A stretch of DNA of 62,704 nucleotides, counting the filler, from Collodictyon triciliatum (taxonomy: Eukaryota): the NCBI GenBank assembly GCA_043381765.1. It is 12 parts of 12 records of this genome, joined end to end, with 100 filler letters (N's around TTAATTAATTAA, not from the genome) between each part and the next. Parts side by side here need not be neighbours in the genome. Positions count along the whole stretch, not along the records: positions 54,241 to 59,611 come from JBHJMP010005257.1; positions 59,712 to 62,704 come from JBHJMP010005319.1; 10 more parts are not named here. One strand, given 5' to 3'. Numbering within the stretch: position 1 is the first letter of the stretch; every line of letters begins with the position of its first letter. Position numbers and translations under genes: made by a program. This document shows, one piece after another, positions 54,337-62,704 of the stretch. The notes below the pieces were generated by a model, which saw only the letters and a program-made list of their open reading frames with translations, was not told the DNA's origin and ran no database searches.

Positions 54337-57300
54337 GGAGACGCACAGCTTCCATCAATTTTGTGATTGAATGCTCCAACGCGGGTGGATACAGCGCAGG
54401 AGGCGGAATCATGGATTCATCTCTGCTCGTATAGAAAATATGAGGAAACAATACCTTTGAAAGAAAGTCATTTTCTGCGTTACATCAAGAGATTCTCATC
54501 AACAACACACATTTCATATGGGTCGTAAGCATCAGAGCCGTCTCCAATAATCTCTTCTGGGTTCGTTGGAAGTGCTTCAACAAACAGATTTTGTATGTCT
54601 GCTATTTTCTGCTTCTCTGGGACCATGCCGTCTAATAAACGAGAAAGTCAGCCACCAATAGTTAAAGTTGATAATTTGAGTTATTCAGGTAAACGCTCTT
54701 GGATTATCCTTTCATTAGGTAAATTTATGAACATAAAAGCATGCCGATGAATTTCCAAAGAATTAATCGAATTATCGAATTTTTTCAAACTTTTTGTGGA
54801 TATTACAATATCATCACCCAGAGTGTACAAACCATAGTATCTTGCATATTTCCTCATTAGATCATTTAATGGTACGGAGAGCCCATCCCTGGATATTGCA
54901 TTTTGCGCAATTTCTTTTGGATTCTCTCCTATTTTGTTTTTATTTTAAGGATTATTTACCAGGGCTATTCACAATCATCTTCATTTTTTGACGGCTAAGC
55001 TTTCAAGCGGGTAGACTTTTACAAAGTTGAAATGTGAATCGCAATAACAAATAGTTGGGTTCTTCTGTTCCCCTTTTCAAATGTTACACATTATACCAGG
55101 TTGTGGTTTTCTGAGATAAACAGTTCTCTTTTTCCCTTTATCGTCTATATTCAATCGATAAACCTCCGGACTGGTCGACCTGTCAAGTTTAAGTATTTTC
55201 GTTCCGTAAAAAATCAACAATTAATAATAAATGTGATTACGCCATCAGTGTTGATCTTTTGTCTTTATTTTTATCATGATTGCTTCTATTACCGTAGAAA
55301 AAATTCAATACATTTTTTTTGTCAAAAAAAACGAGTATATAGAGTTGACTTACAAGTCATCGATCACTTCGTCATATTTCTTTAAAATAATATCGGCTAA
55401 AAAGCGGACAAAGGCAGAATCCATTCTCCTCTTATCAAGCGGTATCAGATTCATTTGTTTCTTGTTATCGGGATGGTCAAATATCCTAGATATCACCTCC
55501 TATTATATTTAAGTTAACTTTTTTCCCTTTTTTTTATCCAACTTCTCTTCCCCTCAACTTGCCCAACCTATTATATTCCTAAAACAAAGCACATTTTTAA
55601 TTTGTTAATATTGTTATTTTACCGAAACGTGGTCGATTCTTGGATACACAGCAGGAACTCCAAGGACGATGTGTTTTCCTTCAAAATCAGTAGATATCCA
55701 GAACGGTTCAAATCTGTGAGATATTTTAGGGGGAGGGGTAGGTCTTTCGCGTTCTGCCTATTTGGTCGAAAAGTGTTTAAGAAGTACTTATCTATATAAT
55801 AATTTGACATAGAAACTAAAATCGAGATGCGTAAGAATTACATTTGTAAGCCACACTCCCTTTACTTCTGGCTAGCAATCGATTTACCTTATGTTTCCTA
55901 GCGAATTTCCGAAGGGTAGATACATATTGAATCCAATGGATGACCATTTGAGAGTACTCTTTTAGACCTGGACGTAGAAAATAAACTTTAATTTTTTTGT
56001 ACCGTTTAGCTCCTAAACTTGAGTTAGAGGATTGGAATGACAAATTTTAAGTGAACAATAGATACGAAAAATAGCGGATCGTATTCCGAATCTAACTTCT
56101 TTTGATTTTGACAGGGAGCTTCTTTTTTGGTGGTGGCTCAGGGGTGGGAATAGTTGGAGTCTTTGCAGGAGGTACCACAACATCATTTTTATCAAAATCA
56201 CTGCAATTTAAGAGGCGTTACATTAAATGGATTTCCTTAGATGTGTGGGTATTTTTGTGCCTGACACATTCAGTATGCTCAAAGAAATGCAAACATGATT
56301 CTTTCCCCTTCGAATGGATCATAATCATCCTCCTAAATTTAAGGAGCCCTTCTCAGTCAAGAAAAAAAAAAAAGGAAGAGGAAAAAATATAAAGGAAAAG
56401 TAACACAAATAATATTTCGAATTGTGGAAAGGAATGCAATATAATAAAATAAATTACCTCAGAATAGTCAAACGGATCCACTCTCTCGACAAAAGAAGTC
56501 GGTTTCAACGGTTTGAATTCTTCACGGTTGTTATAATCTGTGAAGTAATATATGTTTTTTTTTTAACCCTCTTTATTTTATTCAGAAAGATGATTTTGCA
56601 TAATATTTGAAAAGTAAACACATAGAGCAAATGCCGTTGTCCTATTAGTCTCTTTTGAACATAAATATTTTATTCTGAATGACTTAGAAAGAATGGTACT
56701 TTACGCACATAAACTGAATGTTGTCTTGATTGGTTGCCGGTCTTTTGTTGTTTCGAGGTAGATATCACCAAACTTTCTCAAAAAAGCCTCTCTAATCATA
56801 ATCGGTGTAATTTTGGTGTGCTTTCTGTTAATTACAGATCGAAGTTCTCTTTCCTGTGATAATGAGACTGACATAAGCATTTGTAATAAAGATGTGCTGA
56901 TATGAGTAAAAGCGTGATTATATATGCGTGTTTACGCTTTTCATCTATGGTTGCACGGCCTAGTCGATGTGCATTAAATATCCAAGGGATAAAAAAAAAT
57001 ACCGATTGACAAGCAAAAATGTCTTTCTGAATTATATCCAATATGCAGCATAGAAATTGTGGCCAAAGCTTAAAGCTTTTCAAAAGAATAAACTGGTCCC
57101 ATATGTATACAACAGATGGCAACGAGAGTATATCTAATCGAAATTTGACAAAATCTTGTCAAAATCTTGATTGGCTAAAGAGGTCTGGATTGTTTATTTG
57201 ATTGGATATCTTGAAAAGAAATATTTATACAAGAGATTAAAATTAAGGACATACTACAAAACAAAGTTCGAATACAAAGTCCAAGAGCCTTCATGAGAGA

Positions 57301-58922
57301 AAAGTCATAAGACATGTCTTCTCTGAAATCAATAGGTATTTGATCTTTTTTATATATGTTTAATTTTATTGATACGATATTGAGTTAGTATTTGGTAATG
57401 AAAAGTTGGAATAATATTAAGAATAAATGTGAAAAATTAATTAATCGAGAGTAAGATAAAATGAATCAATAAAAATTTAGGAATGGTTTACGTATTTGCT
57501 CTGGTCTTTGATGCAAAATGTCAAGCATGTGTCTGTAGAGGGTCGTGTCTGATGATGTTGCAACAATTTTGAAGTCTTTCAAGCACAATAACGACTTATG
57601 TATCAGATCCTTATCGATTGCCTGAGAACAAAAAAAAGAGAAGATATTTCATAAGCATCGCATATTCAAGCAGGAGAGAAGGCAGCCTTGTTGGTGCGGT
57701 AAATGACATGAACAGGATTTCATACCTCTGGATAAAAATTAGGGGGTGACAATTTAGTAAAAGCAATAAGCGTTTCGTATACACTTCCTCGGCTAGGTGA
57801 TCCCAACGCAAATATTACCGGAACAATCAAATAATATAATTCATCAGGTAATATTCTGGTAACTTTGTGATAATAAGAAAGGAGTGAACGCATGCAGTCA
57901 TAGAAATTCGGGTCACTCGCATGCTCAGGGAAATCACTGGAGAGAACGAGATGACATCTGAAAGAATTTATGAGAAATAAATTGAGAAGAATATCAAAAT
58001 TTTAATCATTATGATAATTTCGCATAGTGTCACAGAAATTTGTGATTAATAAATATGTACAGAAGAGAATAAATTGGCATCCCACTTCCTTGCTATTTCG
58101 GTGTCTAGGTGCGACTGTGCCTCGAAAGGATTTGCCTTTACTAAAGTCTCATAGTCACGCTTTTCTTTTGGGTCCCGGAGATTTATTGACCATATTTGAA
58201 ACCTAACCTGAGGAGATAAATGCTCAAGAAAGACACAGGAAAGTCTCTCTGATAGATCGGGCCATTTTTGAAGAATCCCAATGGTCCAATCGATTGAATC
58301 GTGGGTGATGATATCAGACTATTCATAAGAAAAGTGTCATATTTTTAACTTGTGCTAAGCTCTCGAGAGATTTATGGGTTGTCAGATATATACTTTTCAA
58401 ATATCAAATATCAATTACCAAATATCAAATAAATAAATAAAAAATTAAAAAAGAAACAAGAAACAAACTAAACTAGACTAAAATATATTGATTTAGATTA
58501 CAACATAAAGAAAAAAAAAAGGAGAGAACGATTTCTCTGGAAAAAATTCAATACTTTGGATCGATTTTCATTCGGGTTATTCGAAACCATATCTAAATAC
58601 TAACAGGTGAAAATAAACATTAAAATAATGCACACTACAAAATATTACTGTTGATATTATCAAGGTATTGTATGAGGCGAAATCAAGGTTTCCCCCTCAT
58701 CAATATCTGATATTTATAATCGTAGTTACTAGCAATTTTTACATCAGACATGACTCTATCCATAGCATCGGTTGCTGACTGATAAAAGCGAGAATACTCT
58801 GCGGAATAATAATCTCCTGCTCGCCCGACTGAGTCTTTCCTCTTCAACACTGCCCGAGGATGTATGACAGATTTTTCAATCTAGGAGCGCGAGAAGAGTT
58901 TTTTTTTAAAAATTATCTGGCG

Positions 58923-58985
<63 letters not shown>

Positions 58986-59395
58986 CTCCTTGAATCCACG
59001 ATCTACTGGATAGCTGTAATGAATGTAACAAATTCTGACATAAAGTAAATTTTATAATAGCAAAATAAATGTAAATAAAAATATATAATAGAGTCGGATA
59101 ACAGAGAAGCGATAATCGACGACCGCTCTTTGCGAGAGGCACATATCATTTGAGAATGCACTTATAAGTACAGTCGAAAATGAATAAATAAAAAAAAAAA
59201 GGACGAAATAAACACCTCGTTCATAAGCCTCCTTTGCTCTTGTTTTGATAGTTGAGAGAAGTTTGTTATCCTCAACTCTTTCAGCCGGATCTTGAGTTGT
59301 TCGTGCATCTGCCTCGCAAGGGACTTCCACTCGGGCGTCTCGCGTATTTGAGCTCTGAACTTTTCTAGTACATCCCCCGATCTCTGGGCTTCCAT
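54337..59395 (-). CDS. Multi-exon TBC (Rab-GAP)-like domain protein with several apparent frameshifts
   Basis: ATG 59395 MEAQRSGDVLEKFR. Exons give LEHLSPQVRFQIWSINL...Y...LDTEIARK|CHLVL...MRSLLSYYHKVTRILPDELYYLIVPVIFAL, then AIDKDLIHK and LSLPSVVYIWDQFILL...FLCCILDII, which follow TBC motif order. Not every junction could be resolved. Confidence 0.55.
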
Positions 59396-59489
59396 CTGTA
59401 CTCCCCAATATTTCAATTGCTATTAACGCCGCGCGATTTGTTCATTGGGGTTATTAAGTTTTTTTTTTTTTTTCATACATGGGTATTGT

Positions 59490-59611
59490 TTTTATAGTTT
59501 TAGTTTTAGTTGTAGTTTTAGTTTTAGTTTTAGTTTTAGTTTTAGTTTTAGTTTTAGTTTTAGTTTTAGTTTTAGTTTTAGTTTTAGTTTTAGTTTTAGT
59601 TTTAGTTTTAG
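59490..59611. repeat. (TTTTAG)n microsatellite
   Basis: Direct reading; contig end. Confidence 0.9.
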
Positions 59612-59754
59612 NNNNNNNNNNNNNNNNNNNNNNNNNNNNNNNNNNNNNNNNNNNNTTAATTAATTAANNNNNNNNNNNNNNNNNNNNNNNNNNNNNNNNN
59701 NNNNNNNNNNNAAAAAAAAAAAAAGAAATAGAAAAAAAAAAAATAAAAATATAG

Positions 59755-59791
<37 letters not shown>

Positions 59792-59890
59792 AAAACCAAC
59801 AAAGAAAGGAAAGAGCCGCAAACAAAAGTGCCTCGCGGCCCATGGATACCACATATGGCATGCATGCGCGAGCAGAGCCGCACAACATAC

Positions 59891-60254
59891 CCATCTCAAA
59901 GTCTGCGCACTCATAAATGGGGACGTAGAAGACGGTTGCCTTGTCGGGGTCCTTCCCGCTGTGCGGGTTCGCAGCTGCGAGAGCGTCCCACTCGGCCGGA
60001 GGCAGCGGCACATCAGGCAGAGTCAGCGCATCAAGGGCCGAACAGACGTCGCCGACACGCTCGCGATAGTGTGCGAAGCGGGCGTGGGATTCCTGCCGCT
60101 CCTCGGCCGCAGTCTGGAATGCGCGTTGACAGGCCCGCACAAGTGTCTCGAGACGCGATGGCTCCTGCGTGAGGGGCGAAGACTCTGCATCGGCGTCGCC
60201 CGGGATGTGCAGACTCTGCTCGAGTGCTGTGTCTTCGATTGCCACTGATGCCAT
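59891..60254 (-). CDS. ADO: First exon of a cysteamine dioxygenase / plant cysteine oxidase (ADO/PCO)-like protein
   Basis: ATG 60254 ...LDALTLPDV...ATVFYVPIYECADFEMG|gtatgt matches the ADO/PCO 'L..l...D.....v.Y..IYE...FsmG.F' segment. The metal-binding His motif lies beyond the contig end. Confidence 0.6.
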
Positions 60255-61220
60255 ATCTGTGCGGGGTTTGATTGTAAGCATGGCCCTGGTGTTTCTTTGC
60301 TTCTTGATTTCTTTTCTGTCCTTTTCTTTCTTTCATGGAATCAGCCGGCGGGTGGTGGATTTATCTGGTGTTGGGTGCAGGCTGCGTTGTGATGAATCCT
60401 GTAGCGTGTGATGATTGGCACTGCTTTGTTTTTTCTTTCTTCTTTATCTTTTTGGTTCTATCAGGCCCGTGATTGTCTGGTTGTGGGTTAATATGAGCCT
60501 GCTGTGATGAGGGGCGCGGCGGGTTGTGATCCGGTCGGTGATTCGGTTGTCGTCGCCGTGTCGTCGATTTACATGGTGCCGAAGACTCGTGACGACATTC
60601 AGCAGTCGTGTGCCGGATACCTCCCTTTCTTGGTTAATCCAAATCTGGACAAAGCGGTGCGTGTGGCGGTTGTCTGCAGGAAGTCGTGACGGAGACTGGC
60701 GTGGAATTTGCGTCACCACACGATGATACCCTCCTCATTTGGCAAAGCGCGGCACTGTGTATCATATGCGGAAATTGTGTTCCGTATTTATTATTCCACA
60801 TCTGTATTTTCGAATTGGGCAGGAATCTGTGACTGATGTTGTTGTCACGCTTTGTCATTGTGTGCGGCGAAGTCGACAGCTCTCGGACAGCACCTTTCCA
60901 GATGGGGCTCATATGACATCATCACCCGTAATTTAGCCGAAAGCGTGAATTATCTCGCTGTTTTTGGAAGCTCTTGTGGACGAGAATGGTAGTTCTTAAC
61001 CAAGTCTCCATGTGTGGAATAGTAATAATGGTATCAACGCGCTGAATTGTTCCCGTTGTGACATATCTGGAAACTATCCTTTCTAAGGGGAGAGAGGCAA
61101 TCACACATATTTCGATGCATCTAGGGTTTGCTTTATTCTCTGGCGTTTCTTTTACTTTTTCTTGCTTCTCCCAACCCGGCGGTGCGATGCGGCAGGCAGG
61201 AGCAAACGTCATGGGCTAAC

Positions 61221-62599
<1,379 letters not shown>

Positions 62600-62606
62600 C
62601 TACAAT

Positions 62607-62642
<36 letters not shown>

Positions 62643-62704
62643 CCCAAAAAAAAACAAAAAAAAAAAAAGGAAAAAAGAAAAAAAAAAAAAAAAAAAAAAA
62701 AAAA

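Noticed and set aside
59490-59611. (TTTTAG)n as a telomere
   Set aside because: It has no G-run, and many different simple repeats end contigs in the same way.

Overview
This is not one locus. It is 12 unrelated eukaryotic contigs joined by artificial 100-nt linkers (44 N + TTAATTAATTAA + 44 N). The ten complete contigs fall steadily in length from 5389 to 5371 nt, and most break at microsatellites. The source is an AT-rich, intron-dense microbial eukaryote using the standard code; I cannot name the organism. Spliced gene models read by hand: a SAPS/PP6-regulatory-like protein, an ABCG half-transporter, a DUF4062-NACHT-TPR (NPHP3-like) protein, a signal-peptide LRR receptor-like protein, a Kelch-CUB protein, mitochondrial Obg (MTG2-like), a YAR1-like ankyrin protein, a two-RRM protein, TOP1, a TBC-like protein, ADO/PCO-like and HPPD dioxygenases, and LINE fragments. 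The most notable signal is a set of immune-receptor-like genes built as one repeat per symmetric exon. These are 126-nt phase-2 TPR exons in an NLR-like NACHT-TPR gene and in a decayed paralog, 69-nt phase-1 LRR exons, and phase-1 Kelch exons. The NLR-like gene also ends in an intronless pentapeptide-WD40-Sel1 cassette that appears to come from a different NLR family. All exon calls are manual and have no transcript support.
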